This document shows, in pieces, positions 26,415 to 35,111 of a stretch of DNA of 64,000 nt. Position numbers and translations under genes: made by a program. The stretch is from the IMG/VR virus record IMGVR_UViG_3300029258_001513; one strand, given 5' to 3'. Origin of the DNA: an uncultured virus (IMG/VR IMGVR_UViG_3300029258_001513). Lineage: Duplodnaviria > Heunggongvirae > Uroviricota > Caudoviricetes. The first letter of the stretch is position 1. Each line of letters begins with the position of its first letter. The notes under the pieces were generated by a model. The model saw only the letters and a program-made list of their open reading frames with translations, was not told the origin of the DNA and did no database searches.

Positions 26415-26714
26415 ATGCCGAAGTACACAGAGTTGAGAGCCAAGCGGAATGCCGACGGCGAGTACCGGGGTGGCGGTGTCTATCGCAAGACGGTTGAGCC
26501 GTTCGACCATCGCGGGCGTAAGGTTATCGTGGGGCTTGAGCCCGGTGATGTCATCACGTTCCGTGAGGAACGCACCCGCAAAACCTACACGCTGAGTATA
26601 CGGTGGGCCATGATGCAGGCAATCAAGAACGAAGCCGAAGCCAAGGCTCGTGAGAAGAACAAGGCGAAGGGCAAGGTGGTACGCCGTCGCCGGGTGAAGC
26701 GAGGTATCCTGTGA
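26415..26714 (+). CDS. basic hypothetical protein
   Basis: GAGGAGG RBS; K/R-rich tail. Confidence 0.75.
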   Translation: MPKYTELRAKRNADGEYRGGGVYRKTVEPFDHRGRKVIVGLEPGDVITFREERTRKTYTLSIRWAMMQAIKNEAEAKAREKNKAKGKVVRRRRVKRGIL

Positions 26715-26887
26715 GCAAGGTGCCGGACAAGATGGAGATGGTTCAGTTCATCTGCTCGGGTTGCGGCAAGCGGTCGATGTCGGGCGTGAAGGACGAGAAG
26801 ATGAAGTGTACGCACTGCGGCGAGGTATACCGCAGGGTCAAGGGCGAGTGGGTCTGGCGTATGGCGGATAATCCGAGGAAGAAATGA
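26711..26887 (+). CDS. Zn-ribbon mini-protein (58 aa, no PxG tail)
   Basis: Hand-translated CSGCG..CTHCG; overlapping start/stop at both ends. Confidence 0.65.
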   Translation: MSKVPDKMEMVQFICSGCGKRSMSGVKDEKMKCTHCGEVYRRVKGEWVWRMADNPRKK

Positions 26888-27801
26888 AGCTGACCAACAA
26901 GACCAAGTACGATGGACGTGACCTGCGGGCGTTCATCACGTGGGTTTCCAACGAGGAAGGATGGGAGCCTGACATGCGGAAGCGGTTGTCCGTGAAGGTC
27001 GTACCGTCCCGCAAGTGGCACACGGGTACGGCGTGGAAGTCGTACTTCCACATCGAGCTTCGGATTCCCGGACCTGACCGGCTGAACAAGTCCCGCTTTG
27101 CGTCTCTTGTCGCTCACGAATTGAAGCACCTGACCAACCGGGAGCATATCAGGTACAGCACGGAGCGATGGATGCGTGGTCGGGGACGGTACGGGCATGT
27201 GGATTCCGACAAGTATTGGGGCGAGTCCGAGAAGCTCTCCCTCCGGGTTCTGACGCCCAAGGCTAAGCCGAAGACGACTCCTGTAGACCGGGCACAGGCT
27301 GGTCTGGCTCATGCCGAAGCCAAGGTTGCTGAGTACGAATCCAAGATTCGGCGTGCGGAGACCCTGCTCAAGAAGTGGCAGAAGAAGGCTCGGTACTACG
27401 AGAAGCGGGTGGAGGCTCTCGAAGGGCAGACTCCACCCGCTCCCCGGAAGAAGCCGCAGCCGTCCGAGGAAACCCTTGTGCGTCGGGCTATCAACAAGCA
27501 TATCACGACTGTTATCAGGGACGGCTACGGACCCTACCATGTGAAGTGGGAGGTGTACTCCATGATGCGGCGTCCGTCCATGCAGGCATCTGGCTTGCGT
27601 CACCCGGACGAGGAAAACTGGGAAGGCGATTTCGTGGAACTGAAGGAGGCTCGGAAGATAGTGCAGCCCGGCGAGACCATCATCCTGAATGGATGGCACG
27701 CCGATGCCCCGGCATATCAGTGGGAGGAAGTGACCATCCCGAGTCGGGACGAGTTGCTCGGGCGGGAGCCACAGAAGATGGCGGCTCAGGTCAAAGAATG
27801 A
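26884..27801 (+). CDS. SprT-like zinc metalloprotease with coiled coil
   Basis: LVAHELKHL (HExxH) preceded by TG.AW. Confidence 0.6.
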   Translation: MKLTNKTKYDGRDLRAFITWVSNEEGWEPDMRKRLSVKVVPSRKWHTGTAWKSYFHIELRIPGPDRLNKSRFASLVAHELKHLTNREHIRYSTERWMRGRGRYGHVDSDKYWGESEKLSLRVLTPKAKPKTTPVDRAQAGLAHAEAKVAEYESKIRRAETLLKKWQKKARYYEKRVEALEGQTPPAPRKKPQPSEETLVRRAINKHITTVIRDGYGPYHVKWEVYSMMRRPSMQASGLRHPDEENWEGDFVELKEARKIVQPGETIILNGWHADAPAYQWEEVTIPSRDELLGREPQKMAAQVKE

Positions 27802-27802
27802 T

Positions 27803-27830
27803 TCAGAATCAGGCGCGGCTTGTGCAATGA
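27803..27830 (+). promoter_or_regulatory. TCAGAAT-N12-GTGCAATG motif, copy 4
   Basis: Directly after stop 27801; upstream of 27841. Confidence 0.75.
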
Positions 27831-27840
27831 ACGGGTAGAG

Positions 27841-27990
27841 ATGAATCAGGCACAGGCATATCAACGGAAGGTGTTGCGGAACTGGGCTCGTCTTGAGGGC
27901 AAGCCCCGGTTCGTCGGCGACTTGGCGTGGGCTAAGAAGCAGCGTCAGGCGGGCAACGTCGTAGACGTGCCCAAGAAGGGGAAGGCGTGA
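27841..27990 (+). CDS. 49-aa basic protein
   Basis: Hand-translated MNQAQAYQRKVLRNW..; GTGA-coupled to 27987. Confidence 0.6.
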   Translation: MNQAQAYQRKVLRNWARLEGKPRFVGDLAWAKKQRQAGNVVDVPKKGKA

Positions 27991-28241
27991 ACAAGACAAG
28001 GAAGATGTTCCCCGGAAGCGTGGCGTGCAAGCCTCCCAAGTTCAGCGAACATCGTGGTCGTACTTGGGACAAGTGTGACGTGATTGCCACAGATGGCAGC
28101 CGACACGATGGCTGGCTGGATACGTCATGGGGAATGTACTTCTATTTCCGAGCAGATGGGGCGTGGCGTAAAGCCAAATGTGACGATTGGATGGCTTCGT
28201 TGGATTGTAACACGGCGGATTTCAGGGAGAAGCAATCGTGA
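27987..28241 (+). CDS. hypothetical protein
   Basis: Coupled ORF; WLDTSWGMYFYF. Confidence 0.7.
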   Translation: MNKTRKMFPGSVACKPPKFSEHRGRTWDKCDVIATDGSRHDGWLDTSWGMYFYFRADGAWRKAKCDDWMASLDCNTADFREKQS

Positions 28242-28435
28242 GATACTCGGCATTCATCTGTCCGAATTCTGGTCATGTCATCATCGAGCATATTCCGAGT
28301 GACAACAAAGTGATATGTGACTGCGGGAAACCGAACCCGGACGTGAGTGAGGGAATGCAGCGGGTGGAGGTCAGAGACCGTGTGCATTATAAGTCTGGTC
28401 TGAGAAAGGCATTTGTGGAGGTGGATGATGGATAA
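28238..28435 (+). CDS. small Cys-containing hypothetical protein
   Basis: GTGA overlap; CPNSG..CDCG. Confidence 0.6.
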   Translation: MRYSAFICPNSGHVIIEHIPSDNKVICDCGKPNPDVSEGMQRVEVRDRVHYKSGLRKAFVEVDDG

Positions 28436-29051
28436 GCCGTGGTGGGAGCAGTACAAGGTGGACGTGCCGGAGGGCACCGAGGGGGATTACTCTGTCTCGA
28501 AGTTCACCGTGTCCAAGGAGGATGCCGACTTCCAGAACGCACGAGCGACCTTCTCGTTCTCCCACAGGGGGTTGTTCATCAAGCCGGGCACGTATACCGA
28601 ACTCAAAAAGGGCGGCGTGATACTGATGAGCGACGTGCCGTCTGAAATCCGTGACCACATGGAACCGATTCGCCGGGCTCGGGGAGAAGTTCTCATCGTT
28701 GGGCTCGGCATTGGCATGGTGACTTCGGCTTGCCTGAACAAGCCCGAGGTGGACCGGGTGACAGTCGTTGAGGTTGCCCCGGAAGTTGTGCGTCTTGTGG
28801 GCGACCACTTGAAGGGCATTCACGGTGACAAGCTGGACATCGTGCAGGCGGACATCTTCAAGTGGAAGCCGCCCAAGGGTTTCGTGTGGGATTGTGCATG
28901 GTTTGACGTATGGGACGATATCTGCGAGGACAACCTTGACCAGATGGCGACCCTGAACCGACGGTTCGGACGCCGGGCTGTGTGGAAGGGCTCATGGAAG
29001 CGTGACGAACTGCTGTACCAGCGGCGGCGTAACAGGAATGCGGGGTGGTAA
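28428..29051 (+). CDS. spermidine-synthase-like class I SAM-binding protein
   Basis: GEVLIVGLGIGM, VTVVE..EVVRLV, IVQADIF, WDCAWFDVWD. Confidence 0.8.
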   Translation: MDKPWWEQYKVDVPEGTEGDYSVSKFTVSKEDADFQNARATFSFSHRGLFIKPGTYTELKKGGVILMSDVPSEIRDHMEPIRRARGEVLIVGLGIGMVTSACLNKPEVDRVTVVEVAPEVVRLVGDHLKGIHGDKLDIVQADIFKWKPPKGFVWDCAWFDVWDDICEDNLDQMATLNRRFGRRAVWKGSWKRDELLYQRRRNRNAGW

Positions 29052-29227
29052 TGAGTGCGTTCGATAGTACCCGAGACCCGGAGGAACAGGCAAAGGCGTT
29101 TGCCGATGACGAGTTCATGGCGTGGCTCCGGGAGTATGAGCCGGACTACAAGACTGAGTTCTGGAATCGGAACATCGTGGCTATGTACCACGCTTATCTG
29201 GCGGGAAAGGTAAGCAAGGGGATGTAG
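29051..29227 (+). CDS. hypothetical protein
   Basis: TAATG coupling. Confidence 0.6.
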   Translation: MSAFDSTRDPEEQAKAFADDEFMAWLREYEPDYKTEFWNRNIVAMYHAYLAGKVSKGM

Positions 29228-29458
29228 ATGTCTGTTACAAGCAAACCAGCCAAGGGCGGTAGCATCGACGTGGAAGTTACTCGTGATGTCTGTGGCGAGC
29301 CCATTATCGGGTCTGACCAGTACGGCATGTACTGCAAGAATCGCTGTCATGATGCCGAGAACAAGGCTGCTAAAAAGAAGGTTCAGGCTTTCTTGAAAGG
29401 CATTGGTGGCGGAAATCCATTCCAGAAAATGCACGAGGACATGAGCCGGGGTGTATAA
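29228..29458 (+). CDS. hypothetical protein
   Basis: Adjacent ORF, 76 aa. Confidence 0.6.
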   Translation: MSVTSKPAKGGSIDVEVTRDVCGEPIIGSDQYGMYCKNRCHDAENKAAKKKVQAFLKGIGGGNPFQKMHEDMSRGV

Positions 29459-29462
29459 TCGG
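29442..29462 (+). promoter_or_regulatory. 21-bp element TGAGCCGGGGTGTATAATCGG (class 2 promoter)
   Basis: Identical to 48704-48724. Confidence 0.65.
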
Positions 29463-29477
29463 ACGGGAGAAGAATCA

Positions 29478-29858
29478 ATGGCTTTGTTGAGTTGGGACAA
29501 ACCGAGGAAGGTGAGGAGCACTGAGGCTCATGCCGAGAGGTATCAGGCTGATGGTGCTCCTCCGGGGACTTTTGTTCCCAATATGTCCGAGGCTGACAAG
29601 TTTCGTTGGAAAGCCAAGAGCATCGGTGGCAAAGACCCGCGTATCGAGATACGCAAGACGACTGAAGGCATCAAGGTCACACGTCCCGGTTCGTATGGTC
29701 CATTTGCTTCGTATTGGGAGGGTAATGCTCAGGTACTCATTGTTGTTCGCCCGGACGGGACGGTGACGTTCAGTGCGAATGGCAAGGCACGGTTCGATGT
29801 TTCGGAGCTAACGGCTGTGTTTGGGGAATGCTGTGTGGAGATGTCGAAATGGCATTAG
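29478..29858 (+). CDS. phage hypothetical protein
   Basis: LSWDKP..PGTFVPNMSEADKFRWKAK. Confidence 0.7.
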   Translation: MALLSWDKPRKVRSTEAHAERYQADGAPPGTFVPNMSEADKFRWKAKSIGGKDPRIEIRKTTEGIKVTRPGSYGPFASYWEGNAQVLIVVRPDGTVTFSANGKARFDVSELTAVFGECCVEMSKWH

Positions 29859-30256
29859 AAGGTAAGATTCCCGCAAAGAGCTTCGTCGGGACGCTGGCGG
29901 TCAATGTGGACAACGGGAAGCTATCGGACGCCGAGTTCCGGCAGTTCGTTCGTAACACACTTTCGTCTGTGCGGTATGACAGCAAGTGCAAGTGCGGAGA
30001 TGGTGGCTCCTGTCGCTGGCTCGACGACAAAGAAGTCGGGTACTGGTGTGACGAGTGCTGGAAGAAGTATCTGCTGTCGTTGCTCAGTCCGGTTGACAGG
30101 TCGGCGATTGGCAGGTGTGTGGACCATTACCCGGCGAAGAAAATCTACCGATGGGTGGAGCAGCGGAATGCAGAAGACCCGTTCAAGGTGACGGGGCACA
30201 GACTTGTCCGGGCTCCGGGTGGTTCGGTTATCGAGGAAGGAGACCTCTGGCGATGA
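29849..30256 (+). CDS. hypothetical protein
   Basis: NVDNGKLSDAEFRQFVRNTL plus Cys cluster. Confidence 0.65.
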   Translation: MALEGKIPAKSFVGTLAVNVDNGKLSDAEFRQFVRNTLSSVRYDSKCKCGDGGSCRWLDDKEVGYWCDECWKKYLLSLLSPVDRSAIGRCVDHYPAKKIYRWVEQRNAEDPFKVTGHRLVRAPGGSVIEEGDLWR

Positions 30257-30750
30257 GCAGGCAATACTACGCCAAGAACCCCGAAGCCAAGGGCTTTTGG
30301 GAAGGTGATGATGGTCTCTTTGATGTGAACTCTGCCGGGGCTCAACTCTTGGGTGTCATTTGCTTCGAGGCTGGATGGTTCTCCAAATCCATCTACGAGA
30401 AGTGCTTTGGTGAAAAGGAAACTCCGATGGTCACGGACAGGGCTAAGTGTCTTGAGGGAGCGTCCAGACTGAAGGCGTTGACTGCCGAACAGAGGGAGCG
30501 GCTTTGGAAGGATACCGGTGGAAGCAAGCGACCCAAGGAGGGTCGTTTCCATCAGTTCACCCTTGAAGAATTCAATGCCTTTCTTGACTCGTGGATTCGG
30601 TTCCTTGAAGTGTGTGATGGGTACGACACCGACCCCGGAGACTTGGATGAGTGGAGAAAGCAGGGGAGTGACGAAGCCCATCGGAGAGAGGAAGCTCGAC
30701 GTACAGGAGCAAGTTGGCGGACGTTCAATGTAATCACGAGGGGGTTCTGA
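30253..30750 (+). CDS. hypothetical protein
   Basis: ATGA coupling. Confidence 0.65.
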   Translation: MSRQYYAKNPEAKGFWEGDDGLFDVNSAGAQLLGVICFEAGWFSKSIYEKCFGEKETPMVTDRAKCLEGASRLKALTAEQRERLWKDTGGSKRPKEGRFHQFTLEEFNAFLDSWIRFLEVCDGYDTDPGDLDEWRKQGSDEAHRREEARRTGASWRTFNVITRGF

Positions 30751-30962
30751 TGAAACTGTTTGCCGTAGGCGCAGACAAACCGAACCCGGAAGACTGGAAG
30801 GCGTGGGACGAGGTTGAACTTGTCATTGCGGAAACGCCGAGGAATGCCGTCAAGATGTGCGGGCTGTACTGGGGCAATGATGACGACCATGCCCCGGTAG
30901 CAGAAGTGGACATGAGTGAAGCCCGGCGTGTGATGAAGATGCCGGATTACGTGGAGGACTGA
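30750..30962 (+). CDS. hypothetical protein
   Basis: TGATG coupling. Confidence 0.65.
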   Translation: MKLFAVGADKPNPEDWKAWDEVELVIAETPRNAVKMCGLYWGNDDDHAPVAEVDMSEARRVMKMPDYVED

Positions 30963-30964
30963 CG

Positions 30965-31162
30965 ATGAGAGACCGACGATTCAGGAATACCGACCCGACG
31001 ATGCGGTGGAACCAGCGACCGTATCGTGACGACCCGACTGAGCCGCACAACAGCAGGGCTTATCGTGACGACCCGACTGCCCCGTGGAACGACCCGGCGG
31101 CAAGCAGGGAGAGTACGGAGCGTTGGGAGAGGGAGCACGGATTCAATCCGAGGGGATTCTGA
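30965..31162 (+). CDS. small protein with DPT..W/HN repeats
   Basis: GGAGG RBS; exact 19-bp repeat at 31022-31040 and 31061-31079. Confidence 0.65.
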   Translation: MRDRRFRNTDPTMRWNQRPYRDDPTEPHNSRAYRDDPTAPWNDPAASRESTERWEREHGFNPRGF

Positions 31163-31491
31163 TGCCGATTTTCAGATGCAGTAGGTGTGGGGCGATTGAA
31201 AATACCGCCTTGTCGAATTACTGGTCGCAGAAGTACGGCTTCGGCGATGAGAAGCCGTCGGATGTTCTGTGTTCCGAATGCGACCCGGAAATCGGCAAGT
31301 GGCACGGATGCTTTCCTAAAGACCCCGCAGACGGATTCGACATTGGCGAGGACGGGTTTCTCTATCACCCTGACCACAAACCGCACCACACCAAGATTGT
31401 CGGCAGGGTGCCCGGTGAACTCAAGGTGACTCCGAGAGAGGAGCCGGAGTTTCCCGAAGAACTGCTGGAGGGCGAGTCCGGCGAAGAATAG
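31162..31491 (+). CDS. Cys-rich hypothetical protein
   Basis: MPIFRCSRCGAIENTAL..LCSECDP..WHGCF. Confidence 0.7.
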   Translation: MPIFRCSRCGAIENTALSNYWSQKYGFGDEKPSDVLCSECDPEIGKWHGCFPKDPADGFDIGEDGFLYHPDHKPHHTKIVGRVPGELKVTPREEPEFPEELLEGESGEE

Positions 31492-31492
31492 T

Positions 31493-31520
31493 TCAGAATC
31501 CATTGCCGCTCGTGCAATGA
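31493..31520 (+). promoter_or_regulatory. TCAGAAT-N12-GTGCAATG motif, copy 5
   Basis: Fills the gap between stop 31491 and ATG 31527 (possible leaderless mRNA). Confidence 0.75.
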
Positions 31521-31526
31521 AGTCAC

Positions 31527-32096
31527 ATGAGAAACGACGTGACAGTAGGTTGGTCAACATTCGCAGCGGGTAGGCATTGTCCCGGACAGCCCTACTCGCA
31601 CTATACGGGCAATCCGCAGGACGTGATTGACCGGGTGCGAGAGAACTGGGACAGGCGTGAAATCGGCATGGGTGCGGAGTCTATTGACGACGTATGCGTG
31701 GTCCCGGTCCCGAATGACGGTTTCCGGTGCGGGTTCGTCCGGGTGGACCGTGCCAAGTTCCTTCTGGCTGAAGTGACACGTCGGCAGGAACACGAAGACC
31801 CGTATGTGCGGGTTACTGCTGACGGTGCGGCTCCCGAGGAAGCCAAGTTCGTCAAGGTCGTGCTCTATGCGGCTCACGAGTTGGAGAAGAACGGCGAGTC
31901 CCGGAGCACGGATTGTGACTGGGAGATTGTCTGTATCATCGCCAGCCCGGTCGAGAACGAGCCGATGCACCCTCTGGCAATGGCGAGGAACCAGCTTGCG
32001 ATGCCCGGTGGCACGCCCCGTCATTACACGTCCGATGAATGGGCTGAAGCCGTATGGTACTGGAACCAGTATGTACAGGTGAGGGCAACGAAATGA
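31527..32096 (+). CDS. DUF3228-like protein
   Basis: VVLY..EL..DWEIV.I..EPMHPLAMARNQL..GGT..Y..AVWYW. Confidence 0.6.
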   Translation: MRNDVTVGWSTFAAGRHCPGQPYSHYTGNPQDVIDRVRENWDRREIGMGAESIDDVCVVPVPNDGFRCGFVRVDRAKFLLAEVTRRQEHEDPYVRVTADGAAPEEAKFVKVVLYAAHELEKNGESRSTDCDWEIVCIIASPVENEPMHPLAMARNQLAMPGGTPRHYTSDEWAEAVWYWNQYVQVRATK

Positions 32097-32329
32097 TAAC
32101 GAGCTTGCTGATAGGGGTTGTAGCAGTGTTGTGGGCGTCCGGTCTGATGGCTGGGCTGTGGCGAATGCGTTCGGCTCGTTACGGCATCCGGCAGCCCGTT
32201 CCCAAAGATGACCCGTGGCGGCTATGGCGTTATGCTGTTCGCGACCCGTGGATGTGGGCGACTATATTCCTCGCCCTGTTGTTCTACGTGTTCTTGTGGG
32301 TTATGGCGAGCACGGGGAGGATTGGATGA
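32093..32329 (+). CDS. small two-TM membrane protein
   Basis: Two hydrophobic stretches. Confidence 0.65.
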   Translation: MITSLLIGVVAVLWASGLMAGLWRMRSARYGIRQPVPKDDPWRLWRYAVRDPWMWATIFLALLFYVFLWVMASTGRIG

Positions 32330-32574
32330 CAAGTCCCGAACCCGGTAAGCTGGAGAAGCCGAAGAGCCTGTGGGCGGCACGGTGCTTCCGGTGTTGTCGG
32401 GTTCGGTCAGCGGGTCATCCCTTTACGCCGAAGCATACCTTCGTTGCTTACGAGTTACGCAAGGAGGGATGGGGCACGAGGATGAAGCAGTGGACGTGCC
32501 CTGTGTGTTTGGGAAGGTGTGAACCGGACGAGTTCAGGAAGGGACCGCATCAGAAAAGAGAGGATTCAATATGA
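32326..32574 (+). CDS. Cys-containing hypothetical protein
   Basis: CFRC..CPVC; ATGA coupling. Confidence 0.6.
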   Translation: MTSPEPGKLEKPKSLWAARCFRCCRVRSAGHPFTPKHTFVAYELRKEGWGTRMKQWTCPVCLGRCEPDEFRKGPHQKREDSI

Positions 32575-33068
32575 GAGCTTACATCGAGATACTGGACAAA
32601 GACGCCTACGATATACTCGTTCGGTTTGTGGAGACCAATCAGTTCACTTTCGATGAGGTAAGGATTGCCCCGGAGAGCGGCGTGTTAACCGTCAGTGATG
32701 CTATCAACTCCCTTGCCCAGCCGTGCTGGCCCGAGGAGGGTCCGTATCTTGACGAGCAGCGTCATCCCCTGAAGAAAGCGGAGGGGCTCACGCAGAAAGA
32801 GCACGCTGACTACTACAACAACTGCATCGTTTCCATACTTCGCCGGGAAGGGAGCGAACCCAGTGTCAGTCCGCCGGTTGCGGACCAAGAACGACCGATG
32901 GACGGCGAGACGGTTGAGAAGCTGTGGTGTCTGGCTCTGCTCAACGAGGTCGATGACATGAAGTTCCGGGAGCGGTTGCTGAAGCGGTACTTGGAGTATC
33001 GTGATAATCGTGATGAGGTACTGGCACAGGCACACGGAACGAGTTTGACGATGCCAAAAGGTGACTGA
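32571..33068 (+). CDS. hypothetical protein
   Basis: GAGG RBS; 165 aa. Confidence 0.7.
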   Translation: MRAYIEILDKDAYDILVRFVETNQFTFDEVRIAPESGVLTVSDAINSLAQPCWPEEGPYLDEQRHPLKKAEGLTQKEHADYYNNCIVSILRREGSEPSVSPPVADQERPMDGETVEKLWCLALLNEVDDMKFRERLLKRYLEYRDNRDEVLAQAHGTSLTMPKGD

Positions 33069-33553
33069 TGGATATTGGAAGTAAGAGCAAGTACCCGAGT
33101 AACGCCTTGAGCAATTTCGCTCCGCATCCTTTCGTGTTCGACGGAGTGGAAATAGCTTCGATGGAAGGCTGGCTGCAATCACTCAAGTTCAAGAACCCGG
33201 ACATGCAGCGACACGTCTGCACGTTGGTCGGCATCACGGCAAAGCGGCGTGGAGCCAAGAAGAATTGGAAGACAACTCAAACTCTCTGGTGGAAGGGGAA
33301 GCCGTACCGCCGGGGAGGACATGAGTATCAAGTGCTTCTGGAGCGTGCGTACAGTGCTTTGGCTCAGAACTCCAAGTTCCGCAAGGCGTTGTTGGCTAGT
33401 GGCGATGCCCGGCTGACGCATTCGATTGGCAGGACGAATCCGAGCGAGACGATTCTGACTCGGGCGGAGTTTTGCGGGATACTGACTCGGTTGCGGGCTC
33501 AGATGAAGATGGAGAAAAACCGTGCATCCGTTGCTGACAAAGTTGCCGTATGA
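33068..33553 (+). CDS. NADAR family protein (T4 gp30.3-like ADP-ribosylhydrolase)
   Basis: YPSNALSNFAPHPFVFDG..SMEG.LQSLK..QTLWWKG..FRKALLASG..LTHSIG..TILT..EF. Confidence 0.82.
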   Translation: MDIGSKSKYPSNALSNFAPHPFVFDGVEIASMEGWLQSLKFKNPDMQRHVCTLVGITAKRRGAKKNWKTTQTLWWKGKPYRRGGHEYQVLLERAYSALAQNSKFRKALLASGDARLTHSIGRTNPSETILTRAEFCGILTRLRAQMKMEKNRASVADKVAV

Positions 33554-34145
33554 AGATGTGGTCTTCCCCGAGTTATACCGGGAAGAACTGTTTGTGAGGC
33601 ATCTCAAAAGGGATTCCTACCTTTACCGGCAGGCGGCTTCGGCTCTTTATCTGTCCCGGTTTTACCGGGAGTGGGCTAGGACGGTTCTCCGTGATTGTGA
33701 TTCGGATTGGTTGTTTCTAACAAGTCCGCTTCTGCATCTGTACCGTGTTCATGAGCTACAGGCGTCGGAACCCTTTGGCGACGAGATTGATGAAATCGAG
33801 GAGCGTGAGTCTTGGTATTTGTCCGAACTTTACAGGCGTCTTGGGGTGGAACCCGATGACCATGCCTTGAGGCTGGCTGTTCATGGCGTTATGTACCTGC
33901 GGGGGTTGTCTCGTTATCGGCAGATAGCTGAACGTGTGGTTGCGGGACCGCCTTGGGAAACATGGGAAAGGGATGCGGAGTTGAATGCCCGGCTGTGTTT
34001 CGACGTTTTATGGGATATGGCTGGGTGGGAGAAAGCCAAGGGGCTTGTTGCTCGGGCATCACAAACTGACAGGGAAATCATACAGGAAGTCGAGAAGCGG
34101 AAGGAGGTTGAAAATGCTCAGCATCGACTTGAAGAATGCGATTGA
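33522..34145 (+). CDS. helical hypothetical protein
   Basis: 207-aa ORF. Confidence 0.65.
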   Translation: MHPLLTKLPYEDVVFPELYREELFVRHLKRDSYLYRQAASALYLSRFYREWARTVLRDCDSDWLFLTSPLLHLYRVHELQASEPFGDEIDEIEERESWYLSELYRRLGVEPDDHALRLAVHGVMYLRGLSRYRQIAERVVAGPPWETWERDAELNARLCFDVLWDMAGWEKAKGLVARASQTDREIIQEVEKRKEVENAQHRLEECD

Positions 34146-34380
34146 AGACCCGAAGATGGACAACTTCACTGCCTTGCTTTTCCGTCTCATCCTAAAGGCG
34201 GACGGTGAGAACAAGCGTAAGCTCGCACTCGGCTACCCGGTCGAGGTCGAGATGGTGAAAATCTTCAAGACCGAGTGCCCCTACGTGGAGCCTTCCGATG
34301 CTCCCTTTACAGGTGTGAACTGGGAGGAAATTGAACGCATGGCACGTGAGCGAGTGGAGGGAGAACAATGCGAGTTCTGA
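34114..34380 (+). CDS. hypothetical protein
   Basis: AAGGAGG RBS; FTALLFRLILKAD..N..KL..GYP. Confidence 0.7.
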   Translation: MLSIDLKNAIEDPKMDNFTALLFRLILKADGENKRKLALGYPVEVEMVKIFKTECPYVEPSDAPFTGVNWEEIERMARERVEGEQCEF

Positions 34381-34724
34381 AAGCACTCCAACTGGACAGG
34401 AACGACACACAGGACATAGCGGACCTGCGTGATATCGAGGAGTCGTGTAACAAGGCGGCAGCTTTCTTTTTCGAGGACCGTCTCGGGGCTCGTGACCAGC
34501 AGGAGAGGGGAGAGGGGCTTCGGGCTATCCGGGTGCTGTCTGGCGGGCACCCGTTTGAACTCAAGCACATCCAAGCGGCACTGGACGAGGTGAATACGGC
34601 TTGTGTCAGGCTCAGGAGAACAGAGCCGCATCAGTTCTTACCGGCTGAACTCAAGGAACAGTATATCGACGACTTGAGCAGGGTGACGACTATCCTGCTC
34701 CGGTGGAGGAGGATGGTCGAATGA
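34368..34724 (+). CDS. helical hypothetical protein
   Basis: GGAG RBS; 118 aa. Confidence 0.65.
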   Translation: MRVLKALQLDRNDTQDIADLRDIEESCNKAAAFFFEDRLGARDQQERGEGLRAIRVLSGGHPFELKHIQAALDEVNTACVRLRRTEPHQFLPAELKEQYIDDLSRVTTILLRWRRMVE

Positions 34725-35032
34725 AAGTCACAGCCACGAAATGTCTGAACGGCAAGAGGCACTACTGGAAGGTCTTGCTCGTGACTCCCATGCTGCCATA
34801 CGACCCTGTATCGTATGAGCAGCGATGGTGTCCTAAATGCGGGTGTTCGGCATAGTTCTTACGAAAGCGGGGACAGCGGAGGTACAAGCGATGCCGGGAC
34901 CATGATGGCTCGGTTGACATTGAAATCCCTGATTGTCACAAGACGGCTGCCGAGATTCGGGAGGAGCGGCTTGCTGCCGAGCGTGAACGACGCCAGTTGA
35001 TAGGCGAGTGCGTGGAAGCCAGCCCGGAATAA
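34721..35032 (+). CDS. 103-aa ORF with in-frame TAG at codon 45 (amber read-through candidate or nonsense allele)
   Basis: ATGA-coupled start with GGAGGAGG RBS; TAG 34853-34855; frame stays open to TAA 35030-35032, just before the next promoter motif. Confidence 0.6.
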
Positions 35033-35054
35033 CTCCGAGAACAGGCTTTTTCTT

Positions 35055-35082
35055 TCAGAATCCCCCGGTCCTCGTGCAATGA
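35055..35082 (+). promoter_or_regulatory. TCAGAAT-N12-GTGCAATG motif, copy 6
   Basis: After hairpin and T-tract; upstream of VWA gene. Confidence 0.75.
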
Positions 35083-35111
35083 GGGGTTGTGAGCAACCGG
35101 AGGATTTGAAG

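Noticed and set aside
29051..29458. TAG-ATG in-frame junction as an amber read-through fusion
   Set aside because: The second ORF has its own ATG and purine-rich RBS; adjacency is a sufficient explanation
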